A stretch of DNA of 64,000 nucleotides from Ruditapes philippinarum. Its lineage: Eukaryota. Where the stretch lies: NCBI RefSeq assembly GCF_026571515.1, contig NW_026867059.1:1-64000 (forward strand). The letters are read 5' to 3'. Every line of letters begins with the position of its first letter. Position 1 is the first letter of the stretch. The notes beneath the pieces were generated by a model. The model was not told the DNA's origin and searched no databases. It worked only from the letters and a program-made list of their open reading frames with translations. Of this stretch, positions 13,319 to 27,019 are shown piece after piece. Made by a program: the position numbers and the translations under genes.

Positions 13319-15645
13319 ACGAATAGAATCTTCAAAGCAGGCATAAACAGTAGTGTATTTGCACCAGGTAAATATTCTATATAACAAAAAGTCACTTTGT
13401 GCCTGACATTCTGGTCAGATACGATTTTTGAGTTCCCATTTGTCCGGAAATAATGATTCCGCCGGATAAAACAATGTATACTTTCACTTTACTATGAAAT
13501 TTGGACCGGCATTTTTTGTTAAAATTACAAGTTGATGGTTTTATATTAAATTTTAGAATTTGTCTCCTTTTCTTTGAATTTCCATACGTCATATCAACAA
13601 CAACCAGTGAATGTACGATCTTTCCGGAAACGGAAGTATACTTCATAACATAACATTGAACCGGATATGACTATTTTCGGGCACGGAAGATATTCATCTA
13701 ATGATGAAGTGTAGACGGAACAAAAAGCTCCCACAAAAAGCTCCTGTGGTCAGTAAGTGAACTAATGTAAACATGTACATGTAAACGGATAAGCATAAAA
13801 AATTGATTTAACGTCAAGACATAAACTTATACATCCTTTGTTTAAACAATAGAAAGTATGTTTATCAATATACACTGAATTAGCCAATTGATTTGTAAAC
13901 ATTGTAATAAGCTCATTGTTAATCATTATTAATTAATTAACAGTACAACTCATATGAAATTCATATGATATTGTCTGATAAGTGGGTTATGCGCGGGGAA
14001 AATTCCATGTATCATCATCGAACAGTCTGTACTTCACATTGGAATTGATTTTATTCAATGTAAAAACACATCTTGTTTAACTTGTCTTCATAAATGTAAC
14101 AATATTTCAGTTTATTTATTAACAATATATAGGTTTTATATAAATTACAAATGATAAGTGAAAAGGCTACGCTTTATTCGTATTTTTAATACTTAAGTAC
14201 CGGCACTCATGATTCTCAAGAAAAATTTCATTCATAATTTTTTTGTTATTTATTGCAACAACATATGCGTTTTAAATTTGAGAATGTCTTGCGAGGCGAG
14301 TATGATAAATTTGGAAAAACCTAATAAACCTTTTATAAAAACACTGTTTACCAAATGATGACATTAATTTGTAAATGCTCGACCTTTTCCGTGAAATTTC
14401 GGATATGTACGGTAGCATAAATGGGACATCAGATATATTTTATCTATCAAAAGCGCACGCGATAGCTTCAACGACAACTACTATCGTGCGCACGTGGCAG
14501 AAAAAAATATTTCTGATGGCCCCATTATGCCACCGTAGTACGGAAACAAATTCGCTGTAATTCATCTCACTGTCATCTCATTTATAGTAAGTATCGAAAT
14601 GAAATATGTAATTGTATATGGAAATTAATATAATGTTGTATCATAGTTTGGGGGCATTTCTGTTGAAAATGTGTCAGGGTTAAATCGTATACATATACAT
14701 GCACAGTGCGTTAACTGGAGAGCAGGTATTAATTACCTGCACTTCAGAGCATGCCCATTGATTGGCTCATTTTTGTTGGGGTTTACTTATTGTCACTGCA
14801 GAGAAAGGAAACGCGGTAGAAATATCATATTCAGATGCTCGTTCATTGGTTACTTTTTCTGGGGTTTCATATTGTGGCAACAGGGAACGTGTTTTTATGT
14901 TTGACTATGATACAAAAGAGAAAGAACATCAAAACACTCGGCAATCGGATTAATACTCGTAGTACGCCCCCTCGTACAAATCGGATAGCCTCGTGTTTCG
15001 ATGCTCTGTCTATTACTTATATAGTTATGTTTCACAACTCCGTTTGTGTGTTTACTCTATTACATACAACAGGTGTCTTATTTTGTTTTTTTATAACACA
15101 GGTGTGCATGTAATACAAGATAATACGAGGAAATAGGTTCTTCATGTATGTAGTGTTATTTTTAAGCTCCATATTTCCAATAGTTCAACAGGGAAACATG
15201 CATTAACCTCTGTTATAGGTAACTAGACCACAGAAATATCAATACAGACGTAGGGGGTATTCTGTGAAATCGTAAGAATATTAGCCAATGAACTTATAAT
15301 GTAGCTCGAAAATATTTTATTTCTGATATTTCCAGAATTAATGCATGTTCAGCTCTGGCGTATATATGCTAAAAATAAAGCGCACACGCAAAAAAAATCC
15401 CGATGTAACTATGGAAGAAACACTTCACAACATGGTCACTTTAGGAAAACGCTGTTTATCGTATGCATTAGTATTGAAGACCAAATGCATAGAAGAGATA
15501 GTTTGTATCAAGATGGGCTATTCGTTTCAGACAGATAAAGAAATGAGTAAAATGTGCTGAAAGGATCGCATTTTCAAAATAACTTCCTGTTTAATCATTC
15601 GAAACTAAAATCGTTTGAAATGCGAATATAATGTCACAGCTTTAC

Positions 15646-16131
15646 CTGGGCAGGGCCATCCGGAACCTTTTGCGCAACTTCGTATTTCTTTCGCTTCTTC
15701 TGCATCTCCTTCCATCTTTGCTCAGCCATAGGATCCTGCTGGGGTAACATTGTGTCGTGCAGACGAAAGAAATGATGTACGTCTGCTTTCACCCATCTGT
15801 AAATTGGGAAACTATATTCTGTGTCAGAGCCCTTTTTCTTGATAATTATATAGTCACAGTACCAGCGGCTTCCAAATCCAAAGTTGTCTCGCCATAACTC
15901 GATTTTCTCAATAGTTTCGAGTTCGGCTTGTTTTTGAATCACAAACTCGTCAATATGTCCGCATTCAAAATCATTTTTGAAAACATTATGCAGACGAATT
16001 TTGTCCGTCTTGTTCCCGCGGTTGTCATGGAATATAATCCGTATGTTGGCATCGGTGCCGGCCCTTTTCCGGTCCCCTGTTCTAACATGCACAATGTAGT
16101 CCGTTTTCTTATTCACTGTTGTCTCAGCCAT
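15646..16131 (-). CDS. Lipoxygenase N-terminal exon V4 (PLAT/LH2 domain + linker), 162 codons
   Basis: ATG at 16131, with in-frame TAA 2 codons upstream. Motifs VRTGDRKRAGTDANI, NDFECGHID, WRDNFGFGSRWYCD, FPIYRWV, DTMLPQQD...DGPAQ. Phase-0 donor CAG|GTAAAG (15646/15645). Most similar to V3 by eye. Confidence 0.88.
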
Positions 16132-17442
16132 TCCTTACAATCTCACAGAAATACAATCGATATGTTTATGAAGAAAAGAAAGATGAGATTCTCAAGAAAA
16201 ACTAACCACAGATAAAATTTATATTGTCACTCGAACTGTATAACATAAAACTAAACAATGTCTTTATATTAACGGACAAAAAATCGTCTGCAGTTTGCAA
16301 TTTAAATCCTTTGTAAACTTCTACACTAACGTACAATCCAACCTTTATGAACTCACTTTTTACAATGCTTCTGAAGTTTGATTTAACAGTCTCCCGGATA
16401 AATGGATAAATAATTTCTTAAGTTACCAGTTTTGTTTTCAGTTAAACAATGCAATGTTTTAAGTCCGTCAACGTGTGCTACATTTGTAAAGTATAACTCC
16501 GGGTATTGTTTTAATCTCGACAAATCAGCCCGTCCACTTTAAACCATCACATCTCAAGCATGTCCGCGTTATTTCGTGTTGTATACCTTACTTTAACACT
16601 TCAGAGCCAGCACTTTTGCGCACATACAACTATTCAATGTACTAATTGCTAGCAATTTATTAATAACACGGCTCAGAAAGTCCATTTGCCACTAATCACA
16701 TATATATTTATATACATATAATTTCATAATTGTAACATGTTTGATGTTTCTGAACTGAACACTGTTGATTGCCAGTTATTTGCGAGTTGATTTTTTTTCC
16801 GCAAAACATATATCCTCAGGGTGAAACCTTAACACGTCACAAAAATGTTTCTAGTTGTTCTTTTCACCGACCTCCTTGTAACCTGATCTTTCTTCAAATA
16901 TGCATATTATGCAAATCAAAATTTGTTACATTAGATATTTTATATACACAAGTCATATATAAATGACAGTAAGATGCAGATAGTATTTATTGAGATGACA
17001 AAGTGGTCACGTATCCTATTTCCTATATAAGTGTTGTTTCAAGTACTTTTATAACATTTCTTACATTCCGGAACACACGAACGTATCATCTCACCATTCA
17101 TAAAACCCATCATAATCTTGATAAACTTTTTTTCTGAGAAAAAAACCATACACATTTCTAGTACCTACTCTACTCTGTTACTGTAAACCATAGCACCTAA
17201 AGGCCTCAACAGACGGTAGGATTTAGTTGTACAGCACTAATTAGAGATAAGATGTACAATTTTCAAAGCTATACAACACTTGCATTCAGACGGTAATTCT
17301 ATACTGTAAGAATCTTCTGAGGTTTCCCCTGAAAAGGATCCCTTTACATTGATTCTTTACATACTTTTCTAACTTAATACTTTTTTTCGCCATGAGTAAT
17401 GATTGAAACACATCCATTAAAAAATATATATTTTTTTTTTTA

Positions 17443-17582
17443 ATGTGAAGCCTGACCGAGACTCAAACCTGGGACCCTCGGAATACCGTACTGTGGCTCT
17501 ACTGACTAAGCTATGTGGCCGCCTACAAATTACCTCCCCTCCCCAAGTTCATGTAATTAGAGAACAATTCAATACCGTGACA
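17443..17582 (-). mobile_element. Solo or partial LTR of the tRNA-containing miniature LTR element
   Basis: Minus strand reads tgtcacggt...aattgttc...tagcttagtcagtagagcc...ggtattccgagggtcccaggtttgagtc...caggcttcaca, matching the LTRs at 33219 and 51170. Confidence 0.65.
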
Positions 17583-19482
17583 TAATCATTTTCGGAATAA
17601 TTTGGGATTCGAACACAACACAACTTTGGGTCTCCTGAAGAGTTTTTCAACATCATTTTTACCCCATCTTACTACTTTGTTTACCTTTTAGCCCTAATTG
17701 TTCTGGAATTTCATTCATTACATCCATTATCAGGAGATAATTTGCTTATCTGTTACTTGTCATTGTGGGAGGTCTGTAAAAATCGGTACGACAAGATTTT
17801 CAAAATAGAACATGTCCTATCCCTTACATCTCGACATAAGGTTTCCAAAATCAAGAAATAGTAGCCTTCACACATTAAGATTTGCCTGTACATCTTAGTT
17901 TTAATTGGTGCTGTACTTCAAAATCCTACCGTCTGTTGAGGCCTTTAGTAACCTCCGCACTCACTTACTCACTTCATAACAAGATGATGGCTTGTAAGTT
18001 AATCATGTATACAAAAATAAATATGTCAGGTTATCAAAAAAAGCCTTCTTGTTTATTTATCCGGAAGTATTTACAGCAGACGATTGAAGAACATCACACC
18101 TAGGTAATAAAGTGGAGTTTCAGAAAATATTTAGAAGATTGCTATGGCATGATAAAACAATAGTTGTCTGTGAATATTATCCTCTAATTACAACACGTTT
18201 TTTTTTATCGAATCAAGCAATAATAGGAGTGTACTCTGGATCATTACAAAACAGAACATGTTTGATTACATTTAAGCTGTACAATTTCAACCGTGTTGCA
18301 AAATCAAAGTGGTATTCATCTTCAATTTCGTTTGAATTACATATCTGACTTTCTATCGTTTTGGATATTTGTGAATCTTACACTATGAGTTGAAATACGT
18401 ATTTACATCATAGGTATGCTAAGGTTTTGTGAAGTGAATTGATATAAGATCATTTGCTTTTTAATTTACTTTTAATTAGTCTTCATTGACGCGATTATGT
18501 TCTCTGTAAATATTTAACATTTCATTATTAGTTCAGAAGAACATATCTCTGTTTCAAAAAATAATATACTGATTTTTAATTTGTTAGCAATAACAATATT
18601 ATTTTCATATTATACGTGACCTCATTTGCAATTCTTTTGATGTGACTGCTATCTGCAGGTGAACGTTTTAAGTTATAACTATTTAGGTATCAAATAAATA
18701 ACTAAATAAAAATGAAACTGTATTAGAGATGAAAATTAAATTGTCGGAAAAAAAGAAACATTTTCAAAGCATTTCAATTATTACGCATGCTTTTCATTAA
18801 TTCACATTTAGACAATTGTTTACACAATTTTAAATGATCAATAATTCACATCAAAATTTTGATAATTATATTTATTTATAATGAGTGGTAATTTTACAAG
18901 AAACTTAATTTCTTCTTTGACAAGCAAACATTTATTTTTAAGACAAATTTATAAAATGTTTAATAAAACAGATTTCTTATCTCCAAGTTGACTACGATTT
19001 ACACTATCACCCTACATTCCTTTGTCAAGATTATAACTCTCAATGTTAATGTATGTATTTGGGTTAGAATCCTTGATGATCTCCTTTTTAAGAAATCAGA
19101 TATTTAATGTTCATATTATTCAAAACAGATAACGCCAAGAAAGTAATAGCTATAAAGTATTCAAATTATTACAGGTTAAAACAATATATAAACCCATAGG
19201 CAACAGACAAGGGTTATATAACATACAGCCCATCAATACACGGTCATATAGCCCGTATACCAGAATACCAGACGATTTTATTATGCTTAATAGCTTTCTT
19301 CGATCAAAATAAAAATAAAATATATATAATTGAAAACATTGTAGCAACTGTTAATGTCGTCCTATAACCATTAGCCTGCCACTGGCAACTGAATATACAT
19401 ACCCATGTCACCAGTGCAGACCAAGATCAGCTGGCACATCCATGTCGTGCCGGCTGATCTTGGTCTGCACTGGACGTTGTTC

Positions 19483-20830
19483 AGAACAGAACAGAACAGA
19501 ACAGTTTATTATACACATGTACCATAAGTCGACAATCATCATACATATAGATAAATAAATTGAACCTATAATAAAATGTCACAACGGTAAAATCAGCACA
19601 TATCACAAATTCATATTTTGAGAGGATGAACTGTATTTAATTACATTAGTATAAGTAATTCTATAAGTTCTATAAGTACAAGTTTAATATAATAAGCTAG
19701 GGTTTTCAGAATAATCTTTATTTTTGTATTTAACACGATAATAACGTTTAATATATATTTTGTCTATACTTATATTATTACAATGAAGAATAATAGAAAT
19801 AACTTCAGTAGAATTTCAAATATTTGCATTGTAAAGACGTTTCGTCAGTACCAACAATACATATAATATAAAATGGAAACTATAAATTTAATGTGAGTTC
19901 GACAGAAAAGAAAACTTCCTGTAACTTGAACCAATTTATCATCTTGTTCAGATGTTTATGCTGTACATTAAGAAAGTATTTCAATGAAATTCTCAGAACC
20001 ATAAATTTCTGCCGCTTTTAAGAATTTACCCAGGTAAGGAAATAAAGTACAACTCCATCCGTCTTATTTGACATGAGAAAAAATTAAGTTCCGTATCTTG
20101 CATCAAAATGACTGATAAATTTGTTTTGTTAAGATTTGGGTTATATAGCGGTGTGACAAGCTTGAAGTGTTTAACATGGACTTGAGTGTTTCTAAATTCC
20201 AATGAATATTATTACCTTATAGAATAGCCAGCTGATAAATACGTCCAATTTTGAGATAGCTAGATAACAAGCGTATCCGGCAACACTTTCTCATTTTTTG
20301 TCCTTCTTCTTTTTGAAGAATTTCTTAAAGGTATACTATAAGTATTAGAAAAATGATTGATAACTGCTGAACAGTCTCTATGTAAATATTAAATTGACAT
20401 TTTTTGACTTCACACACAGTAGATATATCATGTTTCAAATTCTAAACATTACAGCTGGTCCACACAATGAATATATATATTTGACCTGTAATAGGGAGCT
20501 CAGCTTCCCATACATAGTTTATCTATTCATTTATTCAATTTAGACAAATTCAGTAAGACCTTATAGATTTAAATAAATTTCTGTGAGTAAAATATTTCAA
20601 TAAGGATGAGAGAGCATAGAAGATCTTTAAAAAAGTATCCGGGTTATATTCAAATATATATGACTCCAAACACATTTGAAACTTTAAAAAGATACTCAGC
20701 CGAAGTCAAACGTGTTATCTTGCATAGGATAAGTTACTACTAACCATGCTAACCGCAAACAGAACATTTTAATCGTCCTCAATAATTTTATTTCAGTTCA
20801 TTTTACCCGCAATGTTTTTCCCCATTAATT
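19483..20830 (-). pseudogene. Highly degraded LINE (L1/Tx1-like) ORF2 3' end with (CTGTT)n tail
   Basis: Minus strand shows frameshifted remnants resembling GGLKM...LAWL (about 20745-20780) and FKLxHRYITxN (about 20140-20170), and ends in aataaa(ctgtt)n at 19483-19510. Confidence 0.35.
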
Positions 20831-22978
20831 GTTATCTTAGATTTAAACAATATTACTTACATTATTTGATTTTAATCAAAATGGAATTTGATTTGAATAG
20901 AAATTTAATATAAAACAAAGATTTAGTAGATACTGTACACTAATTCCACGGAGAATTTTGCAACTGTAAATTAGTCGAAAAGATCGTTTCAACTGTGTTA
21001 TGCCCGGTTCGAAAAGAGAATATTATGACTAGAACAGCTTAGAAGAGAAACCCAACCGAACGCAAAAGTACCAAAAAGGCGATCTGTCATATTTAATTTC
21101 ATATATTTATTGAAAAGCTGTTAGAAACATCTAGAAAATATCATTATTGTGTTTTTATATTTATTCTGATTTGTATCTTTTCCCAACACTTTTTGCCACA
21201 GAGGTAGCTCTTCTACAATCGCAACTACTCGGCCCTTTCCGTCAGTCTTCGGATAAGGACCTCGAACACAATATAGTATGAATACACAGAACGGATGCGG
21301 TATTTCGGTCTAACCTGCGCTAAGAAACTAAACATGTAAACAAATAGTAATTTAATGCTGGGAGTTTTTGACAAGTTTATTTCTAATAAATGTAGTAAAA
21401 AGTCCACCTAAAATAAGTGAAATCATAGGTAAAAAAGCAAACAATACATTATTTATATATTTATTATTATGGTTGTAGAAACCGAAAGTACTAAAAACCA
21501 ACCTGTTGACATTTATTCGTATTTGTTTAAAATTGAACATCAGTGGGCATATTTAAATTACAAATTGTTGTCAGACATATTTTCAAGCAAAAGAGTATCG
21601 GAATTTCAAATATATACATTCGTTTAACATTATCTCTGTTTCTGTTTACATCTGAAACCACGTGGTAGAACTACTTTCAATCCGTATTGTTTCCGAGGTT
21701 ATTATAGATAATAGCCGAGGCAGTTCCAAATGGCTCTTCTAAAGTATCAATCGAATAGGCTATTAGTGTTAAAATGACCAATGGAAATTCTGCCTATATT
21801 CATTTCTTAGCGGAAATCAAGGCCGAAAAAAGTAGTGTTTACCTGCTGTTTTACTTATTGTAACTTTACATTCATTTTTGTGCTAGCTAGATATATAAAA
21901 GTGATATGTAAGGTATAGACATTGTCGCATTGTGAGATGGGGTTTAAATTTGTTTTACGTTTGCTCAGCATATTTGATATAAGGAGAAAGATAGTAGGTT
22001 TTTATTTCAAATAATGTACATGTATTTTCAAAATATTTATTATCATTATTAACTCTTTCACAAAGTGACAAGCCTTTCCACTATGATATAGCCAGAGCAG
22101 CCTGCGCGTCAGTGCAGTCTAAGCAAGCTCTGTACGCACTGCCTAACATATAATTTAGATGGATTCATTGACAATACATGTATATTTAGTAGAGCAGGCT
22201 GATTTAATCTGTATGACAAACAATAGCTTAATTTAAAAAGCGATATACATGTAGCTTAATTTAAAAAATGACATTGTAGCGTTCTGCTGGCGACAAATTA
22301 ATCAAACAACTAAATTATCATTCAATTCAATAATTAAAAACTGTTCGTATTATATGATATCATACATAGTTCCTATATGATGTACAGACTTAGCCTACAA
22401 TATAACGGTAGAGTATGATTTATCTACATTGCTCTTTTAATATCTCATTTTATGTAGGCTACAATGCTTTTTTCTGTAATGGCGTGCTGTTTATCGTTTT
22501 ACCCCTAAAACTGTGCCTTTTATAGAATAGCGTTAGACCAGTATAACTAAACAGAGTGCGTGATCATTGATTCCTACACTTTAAAGCGTTGAAAATTGTG
22601 TACAGCTCAAGCCGGTGCTAAGGGGGGGGGGGTTTGGGATGTTGCACGTTTTCATTATCCCTTAATTTTAACTTTCTGATATAAAGATCCCTAATGAAAG
22701 ATTCCAAAGCAGGATTTGATATTTTCTGAAACGACAAAGCGGTCTAAATAAATTCAAAGCAACTTACATAAAACAAGAACTTATCAGATTTTTAATGTGA
22801 TAATATTGAATCTAATCTACATCTAAACCTATTGGGAAATACGCATACACTTAAAGAGAGGTCTTACTCATAGATACGGTGGTTGAAATTTCAAAAATCA
22901 TGCGATTAAGGGTTATTCAAAGCCTAATTTGGATAAGACCACCATTTTATTTAAGACAGTCATATATAGATATCTTAC

Positions 22979-23713
22979 CTGAGCAGGACCATCAGGTACT
23001 TTCGTTGCACACTCGTAAGCACGCCTCTTCTCTTCAAGTTGCTCTAGTCTATTTTTAGGCTCAGGATCAAATTGCGGAAGGAAATTGTCCATATGATGTA
23101 TGATATAGTGTTTGTGCGGTTTAATCCAACGGAAAACCGGAAACATAAACTGCTTCTGGTTTTCTTCAGCCTCGATTTCAATGTAATCCAGAAACCAGTC
23201 TGAAAATCCTATTCCGGAATCGTCCCTCCATATTTCTATCTTGTGAATGTCGCCTAAATTAGAAACATTTTTAAGCTTGAACTGATCCAGCTGTCCCCTT
23301 TCAAAATCATTCCGAAAGAAATAGTCCAAGTTTATTGGTTTTGATTTATGCCCAGATTCACTATACAGAACAATGTATATGTTTGCATCCGTACCAGCAT
23401 GTAACTGGTCCCCTGTTTTGACATTTGCAACATAGTGCACTTTTCCAGATCCAAAAAGTCCTTTACTAACACATGTACGTGAAACACGTGTTGTATCTGT
23501 AGACCGGAAGTTCCTATGAAATGGCAATCGCGTGGCATTACTCTTGAGGATTGTACTGGCAGTGAAAGTAGTCCTAACTAACTCCTTGTCGACAGATTCC
23601 TTTAAGCGATGCTTAAATAGTTCATGTCTAAAGTCACAAAGACTGTTTCTCGTTAAAGTTGTTAATCCATGTCCTACTTTGTGACACCGAGTGCCGAATG
23701 TCTTAAAAGACAT
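22979..23713 (-). CDS. Lipoxygenase N-terminal exon V5 (about 90-aa N-terminal extension + PLAT/LH2 domain + linker), 245 codons
   Basis: ATG at 23713, then a basic S/T/R-rich extension. Motifs VKTGDQLHAGTDANI, LDYFFRNDFERGQLD, WRDDSGIGFSDWFLD, FPVFRWI, DNFLPQFD...DGPAQ. Phase-0 donor CAG|GTAAGA (22979/22978). Candidate acceptor tttcatttcag| just upstream (exon would start at 23766). Confidence 0.87.
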
Positions 23714-26700
23714 CTTTAAGTGTGACCACTCTTTTAAAATCTAACAGAAGTTTAGATTAACACTGTCTGAAATGAAATACAGTACAATAATGTAGAACGT
23801 AAGGTTCATTTTGTCAATACACTAAAGAATATTTTACGTATAGTAAAACAAGAATACAACCGAACCATACTGAATGAAACTTTTAAACCACAAAGTTTAC
23901 TTTTGAAAACGATATAAATACGTTTTAACACGTCAGATAAAAAATCTTTTCTTAATCGAAATGATTGACTTTTTTACAATGTCTTTTATAGCTATTATAT
24001 TGAGCGTAAACTTACACAATTAAAAGGCTTACCACGGCTTACAGTTGTAATTATAGATATAAATGTCCTGCCCGGTAGACAATATATAATTGTGATTTAG
24101 GAAGGTAACAAAAAGCACGTTCTTTTCCGCGTAATCTAAAATTTTCGCTTTAATTTATCAGCAACTTTTAAGATAATCTTTATACGGCTGTATTTTGAAC
24201 AATAATAACCGAGGCCTATGTTTTAACAGGGTTTTTGGTATTAAACTCCCCGTGCATATGATTAACACTATAAACTCGTCTATATGGTATAGTATACTAT
24301 ACAAGTTGTACTTCTAAATAAAACATTGCTTGCATAAAAATATGATGCATGCATGTGAATCTTTTTATCAAACCTGACAAAATCCATGAGTTAAAATTAT
24401 TCATTCGGAACACCTCATCGATAACCAAAAAATGACAAACGGGCCGAAAAGTTGCAATTGAAATAGAGAATCAAATTATGTTGTTTTTTAAGACCGTACG
24501 GAAATAAAAGCGCATCATTTCGTTTTCTTCCCCAATTTTGTTATAAATTTCCTTTATCTTACTTTTTTTTACTTCATTAAAATGTCTGTTTACAAATTTA
24601 CATATATCGTTTTATGTGATGTTGAACTTTAAGTAGTCCAGTCAAGTTATGACATTATTAAATTTAACTTAGAAATACACTGTTTAAATAGTTGTTTATT
24701 TGAAGAAATACGGTACATGACTTTTTATGCGTAGCGCGTAACTAGTGATCCGTGCATTTAACCAACATTGATTTTATTCTCACAGTGATCGATCTTTGAT
24801 CTATTGATTATCAATAACATTACTTTCATTAATAATCGCACCAAACAACCTTTTTATTTACTTTTACACCCTGAAATATTCCTTTCTTGTATAACGTTTT
24901 GAAGAAATTTTTTTTTAACAAACCCCAAGATTTTATTACAAATAAAGTAGGACCATTAAATAGAATATTATTTGTCAAATCCTACAGAAATCCTAGTGGG
25001 TAAACATTTCTTATTTATGTACTTGCAAGGAAGTATACAACTTGAATTAAATAAGCTTACAATTAATCATAAAGTTATTGGAAGTAACAGGTGCTTGTGC
25101 TCGCAATAATGCATATATACATGTACATTGAATCAAATAGACTCGCAAAAATTCATACAGTGATTCCGATGACGGATTCTCGAATGTACTTATACACTGT
25201 ATCCGTATCCATATCATACATACATTTATAAATTTTGAAATATCTTTTATTTCTTCTTAATTGTCATGTTTTACCGCATATCTTTTTGACAGTTTAAGAT
25301 TAAGTTTAAAACGTGTTCATACCTGATACGTACAGGTAAACATACACAGAAACAACTGCTTTATGATATGATTAAAGACAAAATGGCTGAGCCAAAGTTC
25401 TTAAAACACTAGCGATCAACTCTCCCCTAAACTGACGTAAAATGGCTTTATTAACCAGAAGTTTTGGCTTCTTTAATGAAATATTGTAACATGTTTACAT
25501 ATAAAGCAACAAAAAAAAAATAGAAGCGTACGTTTAAAGGCCCTTTACATCCCATATTTTTGTCATGCTAAAGGAAAGAATATATAACTGTTTGAGGCAT
25601 AATGTTCAAAACTGAAATATATCGTCACATCAATGCAGTAACGAGTTAATTTCTACATATTATTAAAAGAAATATGTAGAATCTGTTGGACACTGAAAGC
25701 TATATTCACTTGTTTTTATGTGTGTTTGAAAACAAACAAAATGGATGGTCATTCAATCAACAATAGTATATAAGAATTGCACATTCGGTTAGATGAGCCT
25801 GCAAATAGTCATACATATGTATTGTTGATTGAGGGATCATTCCTTTTCCCAGATTTTTTTTAGGTTTTTAACACAAACTTAAAAACCAAGAGATTATAGC
25901 CTTTGCTACCAGTATAAGGTCTGACTAGCCTGAACATTTGTGCAGTCTAACCAGGCTTTATACCATGGATTTATGCTGTTTACTACAAACTTAAGTTCCC
26001 ATTTCGATATCCTTCCCAGAGTCCAATACATTTATCGATGCCTAAATTATGATGTTTTTCCGGAACAAATGTCTTATATTTCCATCAGGTCGTGCTAAAC
26101 AGTATACGAGTTAAAGATAGCACGTGCTTTCGAATAACCAATCAGCAATGTGCATTATAATTATATATATAAACATATTCTTGAAAAAAAAAATGAAACA
26201 AATAAATGCTCACCTTTTATGCTTGTTCTCCACCACATATCTGTAGCAATCGAACCGTGCTCACGGGGTTTAGCACAGCTTTATTTTTATACATGAAGCT
26301 GTTAAATTATTTACAGACGCTCGCGTGCAAATTGTCGTCTGTGATAAAGATATAGAAATGAAGGGATACAAAATTGTATCGCTACTTAATGCTTGGAAGC
26401 ATGTCTTTGTTGCCTTATCTTATTTACCTTTTGCACAATTAGAATGGAAATTTCGTAATATTCTGCTAAAACAAAGCAAAATAAAGAAATAACTTCCATT
26501 TATTGTCTCAAAATTATATCCAATTTTGCTTTGAACATTTATTGACCTAATCAAATAATCTCAACGTACGGGTTAACCTATCTGTTCTGTCGCTGCGATA
26601 TAAAATTATAATAGGTCATGCTGAAAAAAATCTTTTCCCATAGGCAAAACAATAAATTCATTTAAGATTTAAAGCAAGCAGTTTTGGCTATTTTTGGTGA

Positions 26701-27019
26701 ACTTTTTGTAATGTAATTTGCAGAGCTGTTCGTTTTGGGGTGATGTCTTTAGCATCAGTTTTACGTTATGAGAGACATCTACTCGTACGTAGCAGTCATC
26801 TAAGAATCTGCACCCGTGCGCAGAGACATACAAAACAACATATCTGCCGTACCGAACGGGTTTATTATCTTACAAATAACCTAAAACAAATTTAAATGAC
26901 GGTAGATAGCGAAAAGCAATATGGTCGAGGACTATCTACAGTCATGCAAACAACACCAAGGACTGTATATAAAAGAAAAATGTATTTTTGTGTGTATTTG
27001 CGTTTATTTATACTCGCCA

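Noticed and set aside
13198-13395. Poly-Ile membrane protein ORF
   Set aside because: Translation of an (AAT)n microsatellite.
986-23713. Five independent single-exon PLAT-only genes, as the ORF track implies
   Set aside because: The ORF ends are non-homologous read-through past a conserved CAG|GT donor, and the encoded linker is the start of a LOX catalytic region. Not formally excluded without transcripts.
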